Origin: Candidatus Poribacteria bacterium
Lineage (GTDB): Bacteria; Poribacteria; WGA-4E; WGA-3G
Direction of reading: 5' to 3'
DNA length: 64,000 nucleotides
Assembly: GCA_965205025.1 (NCBI GenBank)
Contig: CBDBFU010000007.1
Location: 128,001-192,000, forward strand
Part shown: positions 51,691 to 60,687 of the stretch, one piece after another
Numbering within the stretch: the first letter of the stretch is position 1
Layout: the number at the start of each line of letters is the position of its first letter
Notes under the pieces: generated by a model
What the model saw: only the letters and a program-made list of their open reading frames with translations
What the model was told of the DNA's origin: nothing
Database searches by the model: none
Made by a program: the position numbers and the translations under genes

Positions 51691-52983
51691 ATGAGTAATG
51701 GGAACGTAATCGCAGTAATTTTAGGTGGTGGTAGAGGTACACGTTTATATCCATTAACACGAGATCGCGCAAAACCGAGTGTGCCGATTGCAGGAAAATT
51801 TAGACTCGTTGATATTCCGATAAGCAACTGTCTCCATTCCGGTTTAGAACGCATATATGTCTTAACGCAGTTTAATTCTGTCTCCTTAAACCGGCATATT
51901 GCACAAGCCTACCGTTTCGATACCTACCGTCGGGGATTTGTTCAGATTTTAGCTGCACAACAAACACTTATGGGAGATGAATGGTATCAGGGAACTGCAG
52001 ATGCAATTAAGCACAACCAACCTTATATTCTTAATCCAAGATTCCCAGATAATTATGTTCTCATCCTTGCTGGTGATCATCTGTATAGGATGGATTATCG
52101 GAAGATGTTGGCTGTTCACACTGAAACCAATGCAGACATCACCGTTTCTGTTATCCCCGTGAAGAAAGAGGTGACAAGCGGTCTTGGAATTTTACAGGCG
52201 GATGAAAATGGACGTATTATTGATTTCGTGGAAAAACCACAAAATGAAGAAGACTTGCACCGTCTTAAGGTCAACCCGGAGGTGTTTTCCTCGCGTGGAA
52301 TCGAACCGCAAGGAAGAGAATACATCGCTTCTATGGGGATTTATATCTTTAACCGTGATAAGCTTCAAGAGGTCCTACAAGACGAATCAAATGTTGACTT
52401 TGGTCGTGATATAATTCCGAAAAGTATAAAGTCTTGTCAAGTATCAGCATATTTTTTCGATGGTTACTGGGAAGATATTGGAACTATCCGTTCCTTTTAT
52501 TCTGCCAATATTGCACTCACGGATGTCTCACCCGATTTCAATTTTTATGACGAACATGCCCCTATATATACCAACCGACGCCATTTACCCAGCACAAAAG
52601 TTAATAGTAGTAGTGTCCGTTCCTCTATTCTTGCTGAGGGATCTATTATAGATGATTCTGAATTGGATAGGACTATCGTTGGAATTCGGAGTATTATCTC
52701 AAGTGGCAGCCGAATTTACCAATCTGTACTGATGGGGGCAGATTACTATGAATCTGATGCACAGCGTGCAGAAAATGCAAAGTCCGGACAGCCAAATGTT
52801 GGGATCGGCAGTAAATGTCTAATTCAGAATGCAATTATTGACAAAAATGCACGAATTGGTAATAATGCTGTGATAGCGAATACAAAAAACCTTGACAATC
52901 ACGATTCAGATAACTATTATATTCGAGACGGTATTGTCATTGTTCCTAAAGACGCTACAATACCACCTGATACAGTAATTTAA
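51691..52983 (+). CDS. glgC: Glucose-1-phosphate adenylyltransferase
   Basis: LGGGRGTRLYPLT..RAKP, WYQGTADA, FVEKP, ASMGIY, YWEDIGT. Confidence 0.97.
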   Translation: MSNGNVIAVILGGGRGTRLYPLTRDRAKPSVPIAGKFRLVDIPISNCLHSGLERIYVLTQFNSVSLNRHIAQAYRFDTYRRGFVQILAAQQTLMGDEWYQGTADAIKHNQPYILNPRFPDNYVLILAGDHLYRMDYRKMLAVHTETNADITVSVIPVKKEVTSGLGILQADENGRIIDFVEKPQNEEDLHRLKVNPEVFSSRGIEPQGREYIASMGIYIFNRDKLQEVLQDESNVDFGRDIIPKSIKSCQVSAYFFDGYWEDIGTIRSFYSANIALTDVSPDFNFYDEHAPIYTNRRHLPSTKVNSSSVRSSILAEGSIIDDSELDRTIVGIRSIISSGSRIYQSVLMGADYYESDAQRAENAKSGQPNVGIGSKCLIQNAIIDKNARIGNNAVIANTKNLDNHDSDNYYIRDGIVIVPKDATIPPDTVI

Positions 52984-53044
52984 TTACAAGCTCAGACAAT
53001 AAAGACTTAACAGCAATAACACTTTTCGATGAGGTGAATATAAT

Positions 53045-53815
53045 ATGTATAAAGTATTATCTCTGTTATTTTTATCTATCTTGTTTATCATACCACAAAC
53101 ATTTGCATTGGATTCAGAAGGGTTGGTCGGAGCATGGTTGATGGATGATGGAAAAGGAGAAGCAGTCACTGATTCTTCAGATAACGGCTTAGATGGAAAA
53201 ATAGCAAAAGGAAACCCAAAATGGGTAAAAGGAAAATATGGCGGTGCAATGGAATTTGGTGGAACAGATATGGTAACTATTGATGATAACGCTGCCCTTG
53301 ACCTAAAATCCTTCACGCTTTCAGCCTGGATAAATATACCAAAAATTTCGGGGGTATGGCAAATAATCGCTTCAAAAGAAAATCGCGGACCTACAGGTAG
53401 AAACTATGGTTTATTCGGTCATGTTAACACTGGTGTAATCCATTATTCCTTTACAACTGGTGGTTGGAAGTCTTTTGACGCAAAAACCGTTGTGACAGAT
53501 GGCAATTGGCATCATATTGCTACAACCTATGAAAAACCTGATTTTAAGCTCTACTTAGATGGAAAAGTAGATGCACAAGTAGCACCTGGTACCGATCCTG
53601 ATAACCATGATAATTTCCTCTTTATCGGAGGATGCGACATTGGGAATTATTGGATGACAGGCACTATTGATGAGGTTGTCCTATATGATAGAGCTCTTAG
53701 TGAGGCAGAAATTAACGAATTAATGGACAACGGAATATCTGCTGCTCTGGATGTTAAACCCGGTGGTAAATTGGTGTCAACATGGGGACACATAAAAAAC
53801 AGAACAATCTGGTAA
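53045..53815 (+). CDS. Secreted LamG/concanavalin A-like domain protein
   Basis: Signal peptide; WHHIATTY; GTIDEVVLYDRALS; C-terminal DVKPGGKLVSTWGHIK. Confidence 0.88.
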   Translation: MYKVLSLLFLSILFIIPQTFALDSEGLVGAWLMDDGKGEAVTDSSDNGLDGKIAKGNPKWVKGKYGGAMEFGGTDMVTIDDNAALDLKSFTLSAWINIPKISGVWQIIASKENRGPTGRNYGLFGHVNTGVIHYSFTTGGWKSFDAKTVVTDGNWHHIATTYEKPDFKLYLDGKVDAQVAPGTDPDNHDNFLFIGGCDIGNYWMTGTIDEVVLYDRALSEAEINELMDNGISAALDVKPGGKLVSTWGHIKNRTIW

Positions 53816-53954
53816 ACTCTAAGATTAGTATTCTCTACTAATTCTACCGAATACACAAACAACATCTTATGACTTCAACTTTTTGAGATATTTCAGGTCA
53901 AACGAACAAAGAAAATAACATTCTGCTTGTATTGATGAAAGGCAGACATTAACT

Positions 53955-54230
53955 ATGGCTGAATTAAGACAGCAGCTCCTGGTTTTACATTTACACACAC
54001 CTGACCTTAATAGCCACGTGGTTGCATGGGCGATGTATGATGGCACGGGTGATAAACGGTATACTACTGGTGATAGCGAATCTCCACCCTATAACTCTGT
54101 GATAGAAGCAATGCAGGATGGTTGGCGGGTTATTCAGTTTCCACAACAATTTCCAGCATTTCCTGGGATGGAGTATCATACTTCATATCTAAGATTTGAA
54201 TATATCTTAGAGAAATTGGAGGAAATATAA
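53955..54230 (+). CDS. Small hypothetical protein translationally coupled to a PhyH gene
   Basis: PYNSVIEAMQDGWRVIQFP motif; TAATG overlap with the next gene. Confidence 0.7.
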   Translation: MAELRQQLLVLHLHTPDLNSHVVAWAMYDGTGDKRYTTGDSESPPYNSVIEAMQDGWRVIQFPQQFPAFPGMEYHTSYLRFEYILEKLEEI

Positions 54231-55048
54231 TGGTTGACAAACAGTATCTACTTACCACAGAACAGGTGGCTAATTTCGCTGCCGATGGGTTTATTCGTTT
54301 TGATGATTTTATTCCTGAGGAGTATAATAAAGCTGCTCATGCAGAAATGGAATCCGGCGTAAGAACAAGAGGTGGCGGTGGAACGGTTTTAGATGATGTA
54401 TGGGATGACGAATCTGCTGTTGGTAAGGTCTTTCGTTTACCACAGGTTCAAGGTATTATCGAAAGCCTTGTCGGTGAAAATCCTTTATATGATCATCATG
54501 CTGTTCATATTGTCCGTCCTAACAGTGAACATGGACAGATTTGGCACGCAGATGCAATTATAGATCTTCGTATGCACTTTGACATACAATTCTTCTATTT
54601 TTCACACGACACACCTCGGGAAATGGGGGGTACTATGATCTTACCGGGGAGTCATTTCAGACGTGTTTGTGAAACTGATGTAGCGCGATATCAGAACTTT
54701 CTCGGTCAACATCCTATCGTTTGTGATGCGGGGACACTGGTTGTTGTACATCATGGAATGTGGCATTGTGCACAACCCAATTTGACGGATGAAACCCGTT
54801 ATATGTTCAAACTACGCCTAAATCCAACAGTCCGTCAAATGAAACTATGGAATACCGATGATATTGATGCGCCAGGAATAAGAGGTATTTTAAGTCGAAA
54901 TCATAGATGGTATGGCAATGATGTCCGTCTTGAAATCGTTAACAGGATCAAGTTTTGGCGTTTCCTTATCGGTGATGAAAACTATGATGTCGGTTATTGG
55001 CTATCTCGTCTTGAGAATTTACCTGAAAATGTACCGAATGTAGCGTAG
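54230..55048 (+). CDS. Phytanoyl-CoA dioxygenase (PhyH) family protein
   Basis: WHAD, GGTMILPGSH, MWHC, distal R. Confidence 0.88.
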   Translation: MVDKQYLLTTEQVANFAADGFIRFDDFIPEEYNKAAHAEMESGVRTRGGGGTVLDDVWDDESAVGKVFRLPQVQGIIESLVGENPLYDHHAVHIVRPNSEHGQIWHADAIIDLRMHFDIQFFYFSHDTPREMGGTMILPGSHFRRVCETDVARYQNFLGQHPIVCDAGTLVVVHHGMWHCAQPNLTDETRYMFKLRLNPTVRQMKLWNTDDIDAPGIRGILSRNHRWYGNDVRLEIVNRIKFWRFLIGDENYDVGYWLSRLENLPENVPNVA

Positions 55049-55089
55049 TTTCAGTATCATTGTAATATAACAATCACAATTTGTAACAG

Positions 55090-55128
55090 AATCCCCCACA
55101 AGAATCTGCAGTTCTTGTGGGGGATTTT
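55090..55128 (+). terminator. Rho-independent terminator
   Basis: AATCCCCCACAAGAA...TTCTTGTGGGGGATTTT. Confidence 0.75.
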
Positions 55129-55133
55129 ATGTT

Positions 55134-55261
55134 ATACCATTTCTATAAATGATTCTCCCATGATTAGGTGATATTTATGTCTTGAAATACTGCACAAACT
55201 GGAAGTTTGTGCTACATTAAAGAGATTTTATTAATGGGACTTTAATTATCAGAAATGGTAT
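55134..55261. mobile_element. 128-bp MITE with ATACCATTTCT/AGAAATGGTAT TIRs (empty form)
   Basis: Perfect 11-bp TIRs; central GCACAAACT..AGTTTGTGC hairpin; expanded copy at 57507-57908. Confidence 0.8.
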
Positions 55262-55311
55262 TAGTTTGAATTAGGAAACAGTTTATAGTTTAGACACAAT
55301 CTGGAATGTCT

Positions 55312-56154
55312 TTATTTAACCCATTCTATTGTAACCTTTCCTGATGATTTCATAAGTTTATCCTTGAGTTCTTTCTCAATAACAATCATCTGATCTTTAG
55401 ATAAACTTTTAAATTCCTTTCCGGCATTTTTTATAGTTGCTTTTAAATTCTTCTGATTTGCCTTACTTACGTTATTTTTCTTTGATATATTGCTATATCC
55501 TGTTCTTTTAGTCGCAACAGATGACTTACCATTATTGTCATCCCTGTTTTCATAATTTCCCGATCGATTCTGTCTACGGGATGAACTACCACCTGTTTTG
55601 AGAAACTCAATATCCTTACTTCTGAGAGTGATAGTATCACCATTCTTGTCTAAAACAATCTTCTTTTCTTGTATTTCTTTTATGACCATATCTCCGACGT
55701 TCTCACCAATCCTAACTGTATGAAATGCATCTGAACGTCTTTCCAATACATACGCCTTAGAATGAATACCTAACGGGTCAATAGCAGTTCCAAGTAACGT
55801 ATACTCAGGTTCTTTATTCGGTGGTTTCCATCCGAGAGGTCGAAAGAGGTTATTATTAATGATTACCTGATAGAAATCCGAATTAACATTAGTATTCTTA
55901 TTATTATAATTCGATTGTGGACGCCATTTTGGAGAAAGTTGGAAATTCTTAATTTGTCCTGTGTTAGTAGTGAACATAGGATTAATTGCTGCTACTTTGA
56001 CATCATTCAATCCAGTCTTTTTCAATGTGTTTTTTGCATGAAGTTTTAACCCGAATACAAAGAGAAAACCTATCATACAACAGAAACCTAATAGGCTAAG
56101 CATTTTTAGAAATTTAATATTGTATTTCATAATTATGGTAATGCAATAAACCAC
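55312..56154 (-). CDS. Membrane-anchored protein with a GspC/PilP-like domain, paralog 1
   Basis: N-terminal TM; NNLFRPLGW...YTLLGT...VRIGENVGDMVIKEIQEKKIVL. Confidence 0.6.
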   Translation of the reverse strand: MVYCITIIMKYNIKFLKMLSLLGFCCMIGFLFVFGLKLHAKNTLKKTGLNDVKVAAINPMFTTNTGQIKNFQLSPKWRPQSNYNNKNTNVNSDFYQVIINNNLFRPLGWKPPNKEPEYTLLGTAIDPLGIHSKAYVLERRSDAFHTVRIGENVGDMVIKEIQEKKIVLDKNGDTITLRSKDIEFLKTGGSSSRRQNRSGNYENRDDNNGKSSVATKRTGYSNISKKNNVSKANQKNLKATIKNAGKEFKSLSKDQMIVIEKELKDKLMKSSGKVTIEWVK

Positions 56155-56225
56155 ACAAGAATATATAATAAAGCCTTGTGTGGTTCATATTAATAGATTA
56201 GATAAGATATTAGATGGAAGGTTTC

Positions 56226-57050
56226 TTAACGACCTCCGCGTCTGCCTCTGCTTCCAGCTCTCTCACGGAATTGCTGCATCATTCTCATCCGTTGTTCGGA
56301 TGAAGCACTTTGAAACCTTCTTCGCATTTCAGATGCTCTTGCTTCCATTTCTCTTCTATTTCTTTCTCGTTCAGCTGCTTCTCTATCCCTATTATTGTTT
56401 CTTTCTTCATTCGCTTCTTTATTTTCTTCACTTTCATTCCTATTTCCTCTGGAACTTCCGCGATTTGAACTCCCCTTACTAAGAAACTGAAGGTTTCCAC
56501 GCCTGAGAGTGATAGTCTCTCCATCTTTATCTAAGATTATCTCTTTCTCTTTGATTTCTTTAATTATCGCGCCTCCAACTTCATCTCCTACACTCCCAGT
56601 GTAAGTACGGTTTGAACGTTTTTCTAACACAGAAGCTTCAGATTTCTTCGTCCCATTTGTAGAAATGGAAGTGTGAACGAATGAGTATTGGGGTTCTTTA
56701 TTGGGAGGTCTCCAACCGAGTGGTCTAAATAGACTATTATCAATTATTACCTGATAAAATGAGGAATTTTCACCAGAATCATTATTTCGGGTTCGAGACT
56801 GTCCACCCCATCTTGATGCTTGTTGACGATCCTCTGTACCTCTATTTTGTCTTTGGCTACGGTTTGCTAAATTCGCTTTAATATCCTCTATGTTTATATT
56901 TTTTCCATCTATTTTTGTAGCAATATTACCATCTTTATTCTGTGCTTGCAGCTTTACCCCATAGAAAAGCAGTAGACCTGAAACAGAAATAATTCCTAAA
57001 ATAATGAGGATTCTTGAAATTTTCACTATATTCTCCTTATTTTCAGGCAC
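56226..57050 (-). CDS. Membrane-anchored protein with a GspC/PilP-like domain, paralog 2, with an Arg/Glu-rich tail
   Basis: Shares the FYQVII.N.LFRPLGW.PPNKEP core with 55312-56154. Confidence 0.6.
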   Translation of the reverse strand: MPENKENIVKISRILIILGIISVSGLLLFYGVKLQAQNKDGNIATKIDGKNINIEDIKANLANRSQRQNRGTEDRQQASRWGGQSRTRNNDSGENSSFYQVIIDNSLFRPLGWRPPNKEPQYSFVHTSISTNGTKKSEASVLEKRSNRTYTGSVGDEVGGAIIKEIKEKEIILDKDGETITLRRGNLQFLSKGSSNRGSSRGNRNESEENKEANEERNNNRDREAAERERNRREMEARASEMRRRFQSASSEQRMRMMQQFRERAGSRGRRGGR

Positions 57051-57198
57051 GTGGACCGAGACAATTCCTCAATAATACATCTTATATATCTTATAGGTGG
57101 TTAGACTAATTATAGGTGAAAAGGTTCAGTTTTTCTTATTATAACATTACTCTTACCACAAATTTTAACATTATAATTCGCCAATGTCAAATTTGTAA

Positions 57199-57475
57199 CC
57201 TATCATAGGGTGCGTAAAGTTTTTGTCACTAAACATTATGCTGCTATTGTATCTGGATACCCAATATTTATCTCAAGTATCATCTTTAGTATTCATCTCA
57301 ACCCCAGTTATGTTAGATGTATGGATACTGTGTATTGTAAAAAACTGTTAATATTTGACGTCTTGATTTTTATTCACTTTCACGGAAACCTTCACGGAGC
57401 AATTCTACGAAGCCTTATTCTATAAGGGTTTATAATTAAAGTATACCAATTCTCCGTGAATCACATACGTTAACA
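57199..57475 (+). repeat. Non-coding element family A, copy 2
   Basis: Matches 6675-6727 and 6923-7072. Confidence 0.75.
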
Positions 57476-57506
57476 TTATTATTACTCAAGTCTGTATTAA
57501 GTACTT

Positions 57507-57908
57507 ATACCATTTCTATAAATGATTCTCCCATGTTAGGTGATATTTACGTCTTGAAATACTACACAAACTGGATGAAGATTAATATATTAATTCGGTA
57601 TTATACGGGTTATCGGTATTATACTGCTTAAGGATACACCTTTCGCCCCGCAAATCAACGGTATGAATGCCTTATGGCATTCACCGGGGCTTAGAATATT
57701 GGAGATAACGACTTCAATACACATTCCGTCCCTACGGGACTCAATTATGTGGATATGTACCTTTGCTATAGACATTCCGTCCCTACGGGACTCAATACCA
57801 ACCAAGTCTGGAGGTATTAGAATTACCGATTTTAAAAGTTAATCTTCATGAAGTTTGTGCTACATTAAAGAGATTTTTGTAATGGGACTTTAATTACCAA
57901 AATAGTAT
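57507..57908. mobile_element. ATACCATTTCT MITE carrying a ~275-bp REP-containing insert
   Basis: Both arms match 55134-55261; insert 57575-57849 is bounded by ATGAAGATTAA/TTAATCTTCAT. Confidence 0.75.
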
Positions 57909-57937
57909 TATATGTTTTTCATACGAAGTGTATTGGC

Positions 57938-58011
57938 ACATAGCACTCCGCTGGAGTGCGAGCCTGTTCCGATATTGTTTTCTATAGACATAGTACTCCG
58001 CTGGAGTACGG
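57938..58011. repeat. REP pair (GCACTCCGCTGGAGTGC / GTACTCCGCTGGAGTAC)
   Basis: Same layout as 59028-59098. Confidence 0.7.
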
Positions 58012-58336
58012 TATTTTTGATATAGAAAACTCCAAAAAATAGACTTATCATTAGATTCTCAGTTTCCCTGAAATAGAATTGTCAAAATTATAGTAGTGAA
58101 GACTAAGCTGTAAATCTCGAAATTCAGACTGGATAAATTGGCCTTGAGATTTCATTAGTGTTAAGTAAAAGTGACAATTACTTTACACACCCACCTATCA
58201 TAGGGTGCGTAAAGTTTTTGGCATGAATATTACGGAATCATAGGGTTCTTTTTTCCATGTATTATATTGAACCGAGGGTAATTTTGCTGTTTTTGATGTT
58301 CACAATAGTAATATTTTAGTTATTTATATGTTGAAC

Positions 58337-58545
58337 AAAGTTACACTTTTTGTCACATGGTGTGACATTGGTAAAACCCCTCTCCCATCAGTACTACACT
58401 GGATTTAGAGCCACTTTTTTAAGGTCACAAGAATTTGTTAAAATTATAAAGTGGGGTTGAATTTTGTGTCTTTTACTTTTCTTTTGATCCATTGATTTAG
58501 GATTGTTTGAATGTGAAGTTTCTTATCCATCCATTTTGACATGGT
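58337..58545 (+). repeat. Conserved non-coding element B, third copy
   Basis: AAAGTTACACTTTTTGTCACATGGTGTGACATT, CAGTACTACAC and TGTCTTTTACT blocks shared with 7321-7520. Confidence 0.75.
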
Positions 58546-59027
58546 ATTAGAATATATTTGATAAATCATAGATTTGGAGGATTCTTTGTACGTGCCATTT
58601 GCTATATTTTGAACTAACGGACGGGGAAACACCAATTCTATGAAGAGAATTATATCTGTATGGACGATTCGTAGTAATGAGATACACTGTAGTTTACTGT
58701 TGTGCATGATAGTCTGTTTTGTTTGAAGTAGGTCTAATTTTTAGTTTTTCAAGTTTTTTTAGTTTTTCAAGTTTTTTTAGTTGCTTTTTAAGAAATGATT
58801 TTTTAATGAGCCGAAAACCCTGTTGGGGGGTTGGGATAACAAAGGATTTTATTAATAGGTGTAAAATATTAAAATTTGAAAAACTAAAAAAATATTCGGT
58901 TGAATTCGCATTGATTTTCCTCTGTATCTGCTTATGGGGTGATAATTCTGAATGTTTTCGTTGTAATTCTAACATGGATTTTCCTATTTCCCAGATAGTG
59001 GATTTGACTGAAAATCAGACACCTTTA

Positions 59028-59260
59028 CATAGCACTCCGCTGGAGTGCGGGCCTGTTTGGTTCTTATTTCTATAGACATATCACGCCGCTGGCGTGAGGA
59101 GACAGCGTAAGGTCAATGTAGTTAGTTCTCTATTGATTGCATCTAACAAACGGATAAGTTGTGGGTCTTGCTCCAGCGGAGCAATATGTCTATAGCAGTG
59201 AAACATAGCAATCCCGTACTCCAGCGGAGTGCTATGTCTAAAATTGTCCAAACTATAGTA
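59028..59260. repeat. Cluster of four REP hairpins (two forward, two reverse) ending in the AAATTGTCCAAACTATAGTA MITE end
   Basis: CACTCCGCTGGAGTG, CACGCCGCTGGCGTG, TGCTCCAGCGGAGCA, TACTCCAGCGGAGTG. Confidence 0.72.
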
Positions 59261-59355
59261 TAATTAGTGAACGATATAGTATTATAACATTTTGTTTATA
59301 TTTTGACAATTATATTTAATTTATTTTATGTTATTGTGATATATGTGTGTTAGTT

Positions 59356-59477
59356 CAGGGCTTACACAACTTAATTAGAAAAAGGTAAAATTTGACTTAA
59401 AAAGCCGTCATTTCGTTGTTTTAACCCCCTAAATCCCCCTTATCAGGGGGACTTTAAGATGAAATGCGTAAGTCCTG
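59356..59477. mobile_element. MITE with CAGGRCTTACRCA / TGCGTAAGTCCTG ends
   Basis: Imperfect 13-bp TIRs; internal TCCCCCTTATCAGGGGGA hairpin; a lone end also occurs at 10770. Confidence 0.65.
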
Positions 59478-59549
59478 TCTTATTCAGGGAGTACATTGGT
59501 CTATTTGTTGAGAACGATACATTACATTTTCGAGTATATGTATTGGATT

Positions 59550-59580
59550 TCGACCTTATACAAAAACTGTATAAGGTCGA
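59550..59580 (-). terminator. Hairpin downstream of the Gfo/Idh/MocA gene
   Basis: TCGACCTTATACA-AAAAC-TGTATAAGGTCGA. Confidence 0.55.
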
Positions 59581-59614
59581 TTGATCCTGATTCAATTACA
59601 ACTAAGAATAACGT

Positions 59615-60586
59615 TTATTCTAAGGATACCTTCGTCTTATCACGGGCAGATTCATAAGTAGCGAGAACAACTGCTACTGCAGCCTTACCACCCCTTGCAT
59701 CAATCATTGGTGTTTTGTTATCTCGGATACAGTTTACGAAATGGGTAAGTTCACCAACTACGTGGCTTGGTCCAGAACGGTCAGGAACAATCTCCTGCCA
59801 TTCGCTGTCCCCTCGTTTTTTGAGGTATGCAAGATCCGCCCCCATATCAAGTCGGAGAGATCCTTCGGAACCATCAATAATTGTGTCATTTGTACCACGA
59901 GCACCCAGAAAACCACCCCAACGCAGGATACCAACTGTTCCAGTATCATAACGTATCAAGGAAACCGTATAGTCCTCCCAATCGTCATGTCCAGAAAAAC
60001 TTCCCACTTCTGCTGCCACAGTCAGAGGATTTCCTCCGTACCAGTTGATTAGATCAGATTTATGGATACCATTCTCTAACAGTCCACCCACTGTGCCATA
60101 CCAACTATCGGGACGATTACGTGGCGCATTGTAGGGACCAGTATAGTCTGTTTCTATATAGGTGATTTCACCTATTTCACCATCATCAACCAATTGTCTA
60201 CCGAGTTCGTGAACAGGATAAAAGCGGAGCACTTGTCCAACCATAGTGTGTGTTCCTGCTTTATCTGCAGCCTCAATTATCTGGTCCGATTCCTCAAGTG
60301 TGAGAGTCAGTGGTTTTTCACAAAATGCATGAATACCTGCTTCCGCAGCGTCTATCATAACTTTTGTATGAGCAATAGGTGGGGTAGCAACAACAACACC
60401 ATCAACCAGAGGAAATAGTTCATTATAGTCTTCAAAAGCACGTATATTATGTTGTTCGGCAACGGCTTTTGCCGCGTCAAGTCGTAAATCAGCAACACCT
60501 ACGAATTCACAATTTTCTACATTTGGGAGTGAGTTACAATGGGAATTCCCCATACCTCCAACTCCAATAACGCCTATTCGGATCAT
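59615..60586 (-). CDS. Gfo/Idh/MocA family oxidoreductase
   Basis: RIGVIGVGGMG; HAFCEKP; GGLLENGIH. Confidence 0.9.
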   Translation of the reverse strand: MIRIGVIGVGGMGNSHCNSLPNVENCEFVGVADLRLDAAKAVAEQHNIRAFEDYNELFPLVDGVVVATPPIAHTKVMIDAAEAGIHAFCEKPLTLTLEESDQIIEAADKAGTHTMVGQVLRFYPVHELGRQLVDDGEIGEITYIETDYTGPYNAPRNRPDSWYGTVGGLLENGIHKSDLINWYGGNPLTVAAEVGSFSGHDDWEDYTVSLIRYDTGTVGILRWGGFLGARGTNDTIIDGSEGSLRLDMGADLAYLKKRGDSEWQEIVPDRSGPSHVVGELTHFVNCIRDNKTPMIDARGGKAAVAVVLATYESARDKTKVSLE

Positions 60587-60687
60587 CTGTTTTTCCTTTA
60601 TAGAATGGGTTAGAATCAGTTTGAATAGAGAATATACCTTAATGTACTGTTACTGTCAATTAGTTAATAATCACGATAAATCATAAT

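Noticed and set aside
57210-59075. Short ORFs in the 57.2-59.1 kb repeat-rich gap
   Set aside because: They lie on MITE/REP and element A/B DNA, have biased composition and show no recognisable domains.
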